Part shown: one piece after another, positions 26,339 through 36,928 of the stretch
Layout: every line of letters starts with the position of its first letter
Numbering within the stretch: position 1 is the first letter of the stretch
Virus record (IMG/VR): IMGVR_UViG_3300021255_000060
Span: 126,961 to 167,986 of that record
From: a virus
Lineage: Duplodnaviria > Heunggongvirae > Uroviricota > Caudoviricetes
Strand: one strand, 5' to 3'
DNA length: 41,026 nucleotides
Made by a program: the position numbers and the translations under genes
The notes under the pieces: model-generated
Databases searched by the model: none
Told to the model about the DNA's origin: nothing
The model's input: the letters and a program-made list of their open reading frames with translations, nothing else

Positions 26339-28605
26339 TGGCATCGGTTAGCACAATTAGACAGTTTGTAATAAATTCTTTACATACATTTTATGAACGA
26401 TTAAAACTAATATTTGATAATCGTTATCTTTCTCGTTCTGGTGGAACAATGGATAATGATTCATCAATTATTATACCCAGCGAAAATAACGAAACAGGGA
26501 ACTGGTCCGAGATAACTCATGAATATTTTTGTATTAATGATTATAGGACTGGCGGATATCTTCTTTTTAGGAACGGATGTGTTGACTTGTCCCCTGATGG
26601 TGGAACAGAATATGAAATTCTTTTTCCTTTGAAGAATGGTAACGTTGCTCTAACATCAGACATTCCTACTATTGATTCCGCCCCAACTTCTGGATCATCT
26701 AATGCGGTATCATCTGGCGGTACATATACTGCAATTCAGAATGCCATTGGCAGCGTTTATCGTGTAAAAGGAAGTAAAGCAACTTATGCGGATCTTCCCT
26801 CTTCTGGAAATGTTACTGGTGACGTTTGAAATGTAGAAGCTGCATATGGCAATTATCCAGCAGGTACAAATTGGGTTTGGACTGGTTCTGCTTGGGATGC
26901 TCTTGGCGGCACAATAAACCTTTCTGCATATCAGACTACTGCTACTGCTGACAGTAAGTACGTAACTGCTCTCGGAACTTCTGGTAATAATCTTACTTGG
27001 ACAAAAAACGGAACTACCAATAATATTACTGTTCCGTTTGCAACGAAAGCATCGCAAGACGAAGACGGCAACTCAATTTCTCAAAAATATCTTAAATACG
27101 AAAAAATAATTTTCCCCACCAGTCCATTTGCTGGCGGTTCTTATGTACTTTCTACGCAATTAAATAATGCGTTTTATGCTCTTCACAAAAGGAAAACGAT
27201 AACTTTCTCTGGCTTTTCTGGGACGCCAGTTGCCTCGCAATTATTTGACAATAACTACAGCTCTGTTGGAAATAATTACATAGCTGCTGGTGGAACTGGT
27301 GTAATTACAATTGGGTCAACAGAAGACGCGGCTTTCACAACGTACACGTACGGTACATTATTGTTGAGTTTTTATGTCGAAAGTACAAAGGCTGCTCCAA
27401 AATCCGTTTCTGTTAGAGCATACGGAACAAAAAGCGGTGTAACCGGATGGCATAATTTTAACGCCACACATAATTACACCGGACCATACGGCACAATCAA
27501 TTCACTGATTTCTGTTTATAACGGTAATATATATAATATAAGATGCTGGGAAATTACAATTGAAGCCGATGATAACCTTCCATGCTATGTTTGTGAAATT
27601 ATGAATATTTTCACGCGTAGCAATGGAGAAGTGGATCAGTCAGTTGTTACCAAATATGCGAATGCGCAAACACTTTATGGTGCAATAACAATAGACAATT
27701 CCATTTCTACCACTGGGAAGGCAACGTTGGATTCACTCGAAGTTACAAATGCATCCACATTGAAAGGCGCTACAACGGTCTCCGGTGCGGCTACATTAAA
27801 TGGTGGTGCAACTATTAAAGGAACTGGAAATGCTGTTACGAACATCAATGGGGCATCTGCTTCGGTTGATTATTCACACATCTTTGTAACTGGTGGATCG
27901 AATAATACAAGACCACTTGTCCTTCAAAATGGATATGGGAATGTTGGTATTGGGGTAACAGCTCCAACACAAAAACTTGAAGTTGACGGCAATGTAAAAG
28001 CGGCTTCTTTCATTAAATCCGGCGGTACATCTTCTCAGTTCTTGAAAGCAGATGGTAGTGTAGATTCAAATACATATGCTCTTGCCTCTGCTATTCCAAC
28101 CGTTGATGCGACTCCAACTGCATCAAGTACAAATGCGGTTTCAAGTGGTGGAGTGTATGCAGAGCTGACAGATGTTGTTCATGAAGGTGACCGAATCGGA
28201 AGTGAATCTTATGTTGATTCTGGTAGTGTTGTAACAGATCTTTCTGGTTATGCGACCAAGGCTTGGGTAGAAGCAAAAGGATATTTAACTCAGGAAACTG
28301 ACCCAGGAGTATACGCTTGGGCTAAGGCCGCTACTAAACCAACATATACTGCAAGTGAAGTAGGTGCTTTACCGAGCAGTACAGTAATACCAACTAGGCT
28401 GACGCAACTCACAAATGATGCAGGATTTATTGCAGGATACACGGAAACTGATCCGGTATTTGTGGCATCTCCAGCTCATGGTATTACTGCTGCTGATATA
28501 ACAAAGCTTCGGGCTTTGCCAACATTCTATTCTGGTACATCGGCTCCGGCAAGTTCTCTTGGAAGTGATGGTGATATTTATTTGCAGACGTCATGAGTAG
28601 GATAG
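26338..28605 (+). CDS. Tail fibre protein, ~755 aa with TGA=Trp (ends 28596 if the last TGA is a stop)
   Basis: Joins ORFs 26338 and 27361 across TGA 26827 (GDVWNV). Typical fibre motifs WVWTGSAWDALGG, FLKADGSVD, ETDP, GSDGDIYLQT. Confidence 0.82.
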
Positions 28606-29459
28606 TAACACATAATGAAACATTTACTGGACATCCAGTATCTTATGACACTACAGACTATAGTTGGTATTCATCTTCAAATATGCAAAATGGATACACG
28701 GACTCTTCAAGCACGTCATATAATAATGTTTATATGACAAGGGGCACAAATGCAGAAACGTGGTTTTATTATGATTTTGATACCTCGTCTATTCCGGACG
28801 GTTCCACAATAAAGTCAGTAAGTTGTACGTCTAAATGCTATTCACAAGGTGGTTCTGCAGCAGTTCCCACTAAATGAATGTGCTTTTTCTCTGGAACAAC
28901 TCAAAAAGGAAATACGTATGCATTAAGTACAACTACAAACGTACGTACTTTAACCTTAAATTCCGGACTCACTCTTTCCGATATTCGTAATGCTAGAGTA
29001 AAAGTATATGCAAAGAGAGGATCTTCGAATACTACTACAAACTATTATATCCGTTTTTATGGAGCTACACTCACTATAAGTTATTCGTATGACGAGACAT
29101 ATTACGAAGTAACCGGTTCGAGCAACAAATCGAGTATTACGGTAACAACTACTGCACCAGAGTTTGCTTCTGGAGATAATGTAACGGTAACAATTACTGG
29201 TGACATCACTGATGCTGTAGTCACAGACAATGGTATTGATGTAACAAACCAATTGTCGGGGTCTGGTACGACACATACATATCAGATTAATGGAATCGCC
29301 GCAGACCACACGATTGTTGTAACAGCGTCCGGGCAGACAATTTTTATAAAACAAAATGGATCTTGGGTTTCTATTGATCAGATATATGTTAAGCAGAATG
29401 GGACGTGGAACCCTATTGATGCGTTGTATCTAAAAGAAAATGGAATCTGAAAAAATTAA
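28593..29459 (+). CDS. Tail-fibre-associated protein, 288 aa with TGA=Trp
   Basis: Joins ORFs 28593 and 28878. The C-terminal triple repeat KQNGSW / KQNGTW / KENGI(TGA) places TGA at the repeat's Trp. Confidence 0.82.
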
Positions 29460-29465
29460 TAAAAT

Positions 29466-29645
29466 ATGGCATACATAAAATACATAGAAGATAAGTCAGG
29501 AACAGTATTTTTCCCCGTTGCTCACGAGAATGGGGTCATAGATGATAATGGTCATTCGCTCGCATCCAAACTCGACACTTTTGTTACAGAAGACCAGCTC
29601 GTCAGACTTACAACAACTGAAATTACAAATTTATTAGATTTATAA
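29466..29645 (+). CDS. Small hypothetical protein, 59 aa
   Basis: ATG..TAA ORF filling the gap between neighbours (below the ORF-track length cutoff). Confidence 0.65.
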   Translation: MAYIKYIEDKSGTVFFPVAHENGVIDDNGHSLASKLDTFVTEDQLVRLTTTEITNLLDL

Positions 29646-29649
29646 TATT

Positions 29650-31572
29650 ATGGCCGTTAGTGCAAATGATAAAATCGTAAGAGGCGGAGATCTTGCTACT
29701 ATTGGTGCGCAGGTCAAAGCCAAACTTGCAGAAAAGGTGTCAAGTGAGAATATAGATAATATACTCTATTTGACATCTGCCGAATATGACGCCATCGCAA
29801 CAAAAGATCCAAATACAATCTATGTTGTTACTGATGGTGGTGCAGAGCTATATCCACAAGATGGCAAGTCTGCATATCAAATATGGCTTGATGAAGGAAA
29901 CACTGGTACGGAGGCTGATTTCCTTGCTTCATTGCAGGGCAATCCGGGATCCTCGCAGGACTATCCGTTCGAACTGGAGAATTCGCTCAATGGAGGCACG
30001 AACAAGGCTCTGGCTGCTGAGCAGGGCAAGGTTCTAGATGGGAAAATAACACAACTTAAATATGATTCTGTTAAGAATGCCTTACCTTCATCTGCCATAT
30101 CAGTACAGGTTGTAAATGAAGATGTAGATCTTATTGTAGAAGACACAGAAATAACTCTTGACACCATTATTTATGACGGGAAATCTCTTCGTACTATTTT
30201 TGAGACAAACAATCTCATAAGTTTTCCTGCTGGTTTTGAGGATGGTCTTGGGACATATACTATTAATGCTGGAAATCCAGTAATTACAACAGAGGAAGCA
30301 GATTCCGGAACACACTCCCTGAAATGTTCCGGCTCATCGTCACAGCAAATCGTCTCTCCAGCAAAAGCGGCTGGTACTGCTTTTTTTGCGTCACGAATTA
30401 AAATAACTTCATGAGTATCTGGATATTGTGGGATTCAATATGGTACAGGTGGTAATACCAATCATGATGGTGGTGTAGCAGGTATCACGGATGGATGAGT
30501 CACGAAAGTGGCAAGGAAAGATGGCTCTAGTTCGTATAATGTCTATATAGGAAGTTTTTCTTCCGCAAATTTGACTGGATATATAGATACACCAGTTATT
30601 GTATTTGACAGTACATTTGATAATGTACCATCTGAATCACTATTTACTACATTGTATAATAAATATGTAGATTTAAAAAGGGGAGATTCTGCATACACAA
30701 CAAGAACTATTAGACTTGCTACTATCGTAGACAAGGAGACTCCATCTGCAAGCGCATGTAAGTCTGCGTTTCTTTCCGCTCTAAATGCGAAGGCATCTTT
30801 TGTTGGTGCAACATCTGCAATTTTTATGGATGCTTCTGGTCTAGTATGGAACGGGTCTGCTGCTTCTGCCAATGATATTTTACATATTCTCGTCCACGCG
30901 TCTGGGATTCGTCAGATAGCAGAGAAGTGGGGAAAGAAAACTTACAACATGTCAATACTTGGTAGTAATGCCAGAACGGAGGCAATAGAGACCTCTGTGG
31001 CTAGTTCGTCTTATGATGAAGTGGCGCACCCTATACTTGGAGGGAAAACTGGGACCATTACTGCTTCCGGTAATGTCAATTACAATCTTGCGTGGATTGC
31101 GAAAATCGGGGATAAAGAATGCGCATGCGTTCTGATGGGGGATTCTACTGATGCAAGACGATGGTCTGATGCAGAGGCTATTGCTGATTACCTCGATACA
31201 GTTATGGCTGGCGGATCAGCAACGTTGAGCATAAACGCCCCGAGAGCTGCGGCTTGTGTTTTGCCGAATAATCCTATTATGTATGACAATACCTCATTCA
31301 ACCTTCTTATCTCAAAATCTGTGGCCGTTACTGGTATTCCGGCATCATTGACAAAGATAATGAGTTTGATTTTAGCATATGATTATATTGTAGATGAAAA
31401 CGAGTTGGTAACAATTGAGTCTTCTGACATCATTGGCGGCTCTGGCGATAATTTGCAAGCTGGAGATGTCGTAACAATAAGGGATCTTGTATATGATATG
31501 CTTCTCCCGTCAAGCAACGATGCAGCTACTGCACTTGCGAGATACGTTGGTGCAAAGATATTGGGCTATTAA
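29650..31572 (+). CDS. Putative tail fibre/spike with C-terminal circularly permuted D-Ala-D-Ala carboxypeptidase (peptidase S11/PBP-like) domain, 640 aa with TGA=Trp
   Basis: Joins ORFs 29650 and 30508 across two TGA. Motifs KTG 31045-31053, SLTK 31345-31356, SSN 31510-31518; N-terminal GKSAYQIW fibre module. Confidence 0.85.
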
Positions 31573-31587
31573 TAATTAATATATTAT

Positions 31588-34158
31588 ATGCAAACAGGTA
31601 AAATATACAAAGGAGCCACCTTGATTAGTGGAGGTGGTTCCAACGGAAAAGATGGTGCATCTGCATATGAACTTTGGAAGGCTGCTGGAAACACTGGAAC
31701 AGTAGCTGATTTCCTTGAATCACTCAAGGGCGAGCCAGGTTCTAGTATTGACTATCCGTTCACACTTGCGGATGACTTAGTTACTACGGACACAACAAAG
31801 GCTCTTGCTGCGCCGCAGGGCGTAGTATTGAAGGAACTTTATGATGGATTGTTTTCGATTAAACAGCGGAATTACACTAATGGTTATAAGTTGGACAATA
31901 ATGGTAAGACAATCTATGATCCGATTTATATAATGTCAGACAAGATACCAGTTTCTACCGGAGATACAGTATATTGGAGATACAACACTACGGCAGATGC
32001 TTCAAACATCAAATTAGTTACATACACGTCCTCTGATGTAAAAATAACGTGGTGGGGCGCAACTTCAAATAACTCAAGAACATTAACTATAGAAGATGCA
32101 AATGTTGCATATTTTAGGGCTGTCATACCAGCCAACCAGTTTTACGCAGGCTACGTAAATATCAATGGTGTTCGTGCATGAACCCCATCCGATGGTGTTG
32201 CGGGTGAGATTGCGTCCTTGAAAAAATCGAGAGATGCAATCTTCTCTGGTGGGAAATATGAGGAAGTTGTCCCAGTCATATGGAATAATGACAATCAATA
32301 CATGGGTGTTGATGGCACATTTATATCAAGTGAAAACGCGCATACGTCTTCTTTGCTTTTTGTGCCTGCTGGGGTTACAATCAATGCAGAGCTTGGTGCT
32401 GGAACAACATGTTCTGCAATAACCGTTGTGGGAGAAGACGGCACATTTATAAGTAGTGCCGCTACTGGGAAAGGTTCAGCAAATACCATCGGTCCGTATA
32501 GTTTTACAGCAAATGAGGATTGCTATGTAATGTTTTCCAGCAGAACGGACGTACATGCGTATATTACGTTTTTGTACGACGGAAGTACTATTTCTGGTGG
32601 TAATGACGAAGAAATAATTTATAGTGGAGAGTTGGTTGGTAATGGTGATACACTTTCGTATCGTAGATTCCCTGCTAGACAAGGCGATTATTTGCATATA
32701 TTCTTCCCTAATGGGAACTGGTCAACTGACAGTAACAGAGAAAGTTATAATAAGTTAATTCTTGGCAGCGTTCGAATAGACGGGGTTGGTTATGCTGGAG
32801 GTGCCGAGGTGTTGAGAGAAGGCTGGGTCTGTCCAGAATATGGTTTTGACTTTATAGTAGAACCATTTAACATTAATGACCCCATATCAGAACCATATGG
32901 CGGATTGTCATATAGGGCGGCATCCGGTGTGCATGTTCCTTTCGTTATTTCAAAGTTGTCAAAAACAACACCAAAGAAATGTTTCGACCTTGAGATGGCA
33001 AGGACGATTCGGTCTGTCAAAGAGAGAATCGTTGATGGTAAAAGCCTTGTTTTCGCAATTTGTAGTGATTTGCATTATAGAGATCTTGAAGAAGGATATA
33101 GGCCCTTTGCTCAATTCTCTCCTATTCAGATGGCTATAACAATGAGGAATTTTACCGAAAAGGTACGTACTGATAACGTTGTGTGTCTCGGAGATATTTC
33201 TGATGGAAGGTGGACTGCTGCGAGGGCTGAATTGGATGCTTATACCTGTCAGTGGTTCTTGGGACAATGTAAGGCCCCCGTCTTAAATGTCGTTGGCAAC
33301 CACGATGATAACCGTTATTATAGCCAGCAAGACGGAGATAGACGGCTAACGCAAGCTGAAATTTATTCGAATATGATGTCTCACAATGACGAGCGCATTA
33401 CTGTTGATGGTGCGATGGGCGGTTGTAACTATTATCGTGATATTGATAGAGCAAAGGTCCGTCTGATTGTCTTAATGGGAATTGATTTTAATGGAAATTA
33501 TAACTTTACAACCGAAACTCAAAACTGACTTAGTGCTACATTTTCTTCTATGCCAGAAGGTTGGAAAGCAATTATTTTTACACACGTTCCCCCAGTTGCG
33601 GCACAAAACTGGAGTGGTACTGCTTATTCCGGAGGAGGATACATATCAGATATTATTTCCGCAAACCTAGACAAGTTCCTTTTCTTATATGAAGGACATA
33701 CGCATATTGATAATGTGTATGTTTCTCCGTGGACAGCAATTAATATCGGTTGTCAAAAAGTGTATAATTCAGAAGATGGCACTAATACGCTCGGCTCTTC
33801 TGCTCCAGAAGGAGCTTGATGGCCTGTTCGTGCTGCTGGTGATTATCGTGAAGTGTTATGGGATGCAGTTGTTGTTGATCAGACTAATTCCCTCCTATCT
33901 TGCATAAGATTTGGAGCAGGGGTCGACAGATATATTCATCTTGAACCGATAACATTGGCTGCGGGAGGATCTGTATCTCTAACCCCATCAGTAATTACTG
34001 CAACGTCATGGGAGACAAGGACAAGTGAAGTGGAGTCAATAAGTATTGCAAATGGCGTTGCCTCTTTAACATCCGCTGCGGTATCAGGATCTCGTCATAT
34101 TGCAATTGCGAAGGACACGGATGGCAATATGGAAATTTGGTGTATTAAAGTTTCATAA
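31588..34158 (+). CDS. Putative tail fibre/spike with C-terminal calcineurin-like metallophosphoesterase, 856 aa with TGA=Trp
   Basis: Joins ORFs 31588, 32218, 33550 and 33853 across three TGA. Full motif set: SDLHY, GDISDG, GNHDD, THVP, GHTH. Confidence 0.85.
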
Positions 34159-34249
34159 CATATTGAATCGTGCCCCTTGCAAATCTCACAACCAGGAAAA
34201 GAATACTCTAGATTATATATTTTAGAGTAGTGGCTTTTACTTTATAATT

Positions 34250-34280
34250 AAAGAGCAGATTTTCACAGTCTGCTCTTTTT
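34250..34280 (+). terminator. Rho-independent terminator closing the tail cluster
   Basis: AAAGAGCAGAT-tttcaca-GTCTGCTCTTT followed by a T run. Confidence 0.85.
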
Positions 34281-34400
34281 ATTTTAAAATTTTTTCTTAA
34301 TAAATACATTCAAGAAGACTTCGAAGAAGTTAATATACCAGAAGAAGAGAATCTGGAAGAAATAGAAGATGAAATAGACGAATTAGTAACATCTGACTAA
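34281..34400 (+). pseudogene. Probable 3' gene remnant (acidic tail ...EEVNIPEEENLEEIEDEIDELVTSD*) with no start codon
   Basis: GAA-rich, coding-like frame ending TAA 34398-34400, stranded between two terminators, no ATG. Confidence 0.4.
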
Positions 34401-34413
34401 TTCAAATTTTTAT

Positions 34414-34450
34414 AAATCCCTGTAACTCAAAAGGTTACGGGGATTTTTGT
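34414..34450 (+). terminator. Rho-independent terminator
   Basis: AAATCCCTGTAAC-tcaaaag-GTTACGGGGATTT followed by TTGTTTT. Confidence 0.85.
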
Positions 34451-34489
34451 TTTATGCTAGTAACGTTGTGTTTCAGCCATTTTGTGTTG

Positions 34490-34513
34490 TATCTTTGCAT
34501 TGTTGATCAACAA
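34490..34513 (+). promoter_or_regulatory. Bacteroidota -7 promoter element TATCTTTG plus adjacent 14-bp palindrome (putative operator)
   Basis: TATCTTTG at 34490-34497; perfect palindrome TTGTTGATCAACAA at 34500-34513; ATG at 34552. Confidence 0.65.
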
Positions 34514-34551
34514 AAGGAAGATTTATAAATTAACAATTAAATTGTAATAAA

Positions 34552-35439
34552 ATGGCAGAAGAAAAAACTTATGTATTTGACGGTGCTTCTCGCAACGATA
34601 TTCCACTTGCCTATGCATTAAACGGTAATGGTGGTTTTGGTAACGGTTTTGGCGGCTGAGGTGGTGGTATCCTTGGTTTCCTTCTTGGTGCACTATTTGG
34701 TGGTGGCTGAGGCGGATTTGGTGGTTTCGGCGGAGGTAACTTCGGTGGAGCTGGATATCTTGGCAATCAGATTAACAATGATAATAATACAGACCTTATT
34801 ATGCAAGCAATTAATGGAACAGATTCAGATGTACGTTTACTAGCTACTACTTTAAACGCAGACGTTAATGAAGTACGCAGCGCTATTTCTACTATGCAAC
34901 TTGCTATTCAGAATGTTGGTTCTCAGGTTGGTATGAGTGGCTTACAGATTCAGAATGCTATTCTTTCTGGAGACGCTGGTATTCAGTCTAAGATTGCCGA
35001 GTGTTGCTGCGAAAATCGTCTTTTGACTACTCAGCAAGGTTATGAAGCTCAGCTTCGTACTATTGAACAGACTAACACTCTTGGTACACAAGCAGAACGC
35101 AATACAAACTCTATCATAAATGCAATTAATGCTCAGACTATTGCAATGAATGATCAGTTCTGCGCACTTAAAGAACGTGAACTTCAAGATAAGATTACCT
35201 CTTTAACTGCAGCTAATACTGCTCTCAAAGGTCAGATTGATAACGCTAATCAAACTGCTGCTGTTGCTGCTATGCTTGCTCCAATTCAGAAAGAAGTTTC
35301 TGAAATTAAGGCTGCACAACCTGCAACTACAACTGTTACTTATCCTCAGTTAACTGCAGTTCCATCTTATATGTTATATGGAAATGGAAGTTATTACGGA
35401 TATCCTTTTTATAATGGAAGTGGCTCTATCTGGGCTTAA
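34552..35439 (+). CDS. Gly-rich hydrophobic N-terminus + coiled-coil protein with CCC motif, 295 aa with TGA=Trp (cassette gene 1)
   Basis: ATG 34552, TGA at 34657 and 34708, joins ORF 34801. GGFGNGFGGWGGGILGFLLGALFGGGWGG segment, heptad region, ECCCEN. Confidence 0.85.
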
Positions 35440-35464
35440 TTTAGCTTAGGAGGGGCTTTACATT

Positions 35465-35800
35465 ATGGCAACTAGTTTTTTATTTAATAGAGTTAATATT
35501 AATGGAATCCCATGTATAGAAACTACCGGTATAACTGAAAGTGCTACATCTGTAACATATAATTTTAATGCGTCTCCATCGGTAAATCCAAGATTTTCTG
35601 GAATTATCGCTGTAAGAGTAGATGTAACACCTACTACAACAACTTTACCAGTAAATTTTAATGTTCCAAGTATAGCTGGAACTACAATTGCTTTAACTCT
35701 TCCAGGAGGTACTCAAGCAACTGGTGACGATTTAACTGCTACCGGAATATACTTGGTATTCTATGATAGAACAAATGGAATTTTACAATTATTAGTTTAA
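35465..35800 (+). CDS. Beta-rich hypothetical protein, 111 aa (cassette gene 2)
   Basis: Clean ORF; Thr/Val/Pro-rich alternating pattern. Confidence 0.8.
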   Translation: MATSFLFNRVNINGIPCIETTGITESATSVTYNFNASPSVNPRFSGIIAVRVDVTPTTTTLPVNFNVPSIAGTTIALTLPGGTQATGDDLTATGIYLVFYDRTNGILQLLV

Positions 35801-35804
35801 TATT

Positions 35805-36308
35805 ATGTTTCAATCAGTAAGACCAAATAGTCCAATTTACGTATTTCATAAAGGCGATAATGTTAGATTAGAAACTGGGTACGTTGTAAATCAACCAATA
35901 CCAAAGCCTAAGTATCAAATGCCACATAATTTTGGACAGACGCAAGAAATGATAGTAGATTTAGTTGTTAAATTAAACGATATGACAGTAAATTACAATG
36001 CGTTACCTGCACAATTAGATATTGCTGATTCTTACAGCAATGGAGAAAATATAGTAATATCTGATAGTCGTGATGCAATAAATGCTGAAATTATTAGTTT
36101 AAAACAAAAAAGTATAGATATAATAAATAGTGTAGATTATCATAAATCGTTAATTAACCAATATGATAAACTACTAGCGGACTTTAATCCAGAAATGGCA
36201 GAAAAACAAGCTCAACAGCAAGAAATTGCTCAATTGAGGAATCAAATGGACGAAATGAGTAAAAATATGGCCTTACTGATTGAGCAATTAAAACAAAAGG
36301 AGAACTAA
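35805..36308 (+). CDS. Hypothetical protein with C-terminal coiled coil, 167 aa (cassette gene 3)
   Basis: Clean ORF, tightly packed. Confidence 0.82.
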   Translation: MFQSVRPNSPIYVFHKGDNVRLETGYVVNQPIPKPKYQMPHNFGQTQEMIVDLVVKLNDMTVNYNALPAQLDIADSYSNGENIVISDSRDAINAEIISLKQKSIDIINSVDYHKSLINQYDKLLADFNPEMAEKQAQQQEIAQLRNQMDEMSKNMALLIEQLKQKEN

Positions 36309-36310
36309 CG

Positions 36311-36514
36311 ATGCGTATGTGGGAAATTAGAGAAAAGGACAAATATAGCGATTATCGCATGGGTAATAGACACATGTCTGCAGAAGAAGCTTACGAATGT
36401 GGTTACGAAGATGGCTACAAAGAAGCTATGGAAGAGATTGAAGAAATGGGTTCTAGAACATCTTCCTATAGAATGGGAGAACGTTCTAGAGATTCAAGAG
36501 GAAGATATCGTTAA
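36311..36514 (+). CDS. Small charged protein, 67 aa (AYECGYEDGY and RSRDSRGRY motifs; cassette gene 4)
   Basis: Clean ORF, tightly packed. Confidence 0.78.
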   Translation: MRMWEIREKDKYSDYRMGNRHMSAEEAYECGYEDGYKEAMEEIEEMGSRTSSYRMGERSRDSRGRYR

Positions 36515-36517
36515 AAT

Positions 36518-36928
36518 ATGAGATTGGATGCAAGAGATAAGTTTCCATCTGGAATGGAAGATTATCTTTCTGCTTATGGATGGCACTTTTCAAAGAAAAT
36601 GTTTGAATGAGCAACTTCAAACATGTACAAAGAAGATATAGCCGGAAATAGATCATATATTAAACCTATGGATAAAGATTCTGTAGATGAGCTGTTAAAA
36701 AGATATAACGTTAACCTAGAAAATAAAAATGGTTACGATTATGTATTTGCAGCAAATATGGCTATGGCAGATTATATGGGATCTTCAATAGAAGATGAGA
36801 AACACATAGCTTTATTCATTAAAGACTATGTAGACGACAAAGATGGATATCCAGAGTTACCTTTTACTAGGTTTTATGCCGATTGTATAGGATCTGGACA
36901 TCCAATATCATGAGAAGACGTAATTTAA
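36518..36928 (+). CDS. Hypothetical helical protein, 136 aa with TGA=Trp (cassette gene 5)
   Basis: ATG 36518, TGA at FEW and ISW, TAA 36926-36928 overlapping the next ATG. Confidence 0.8.

Noticed and set aside
34165-34200. Reverse-strand GTTGTGAGATTTGC resembling the start of a Bacteroidota CRISPR repeat, or a tRNA/riboswitch fragment
   Set aside because: Single copy with only a short partial match; no cloverleaf or riboswitch consensus could be built.
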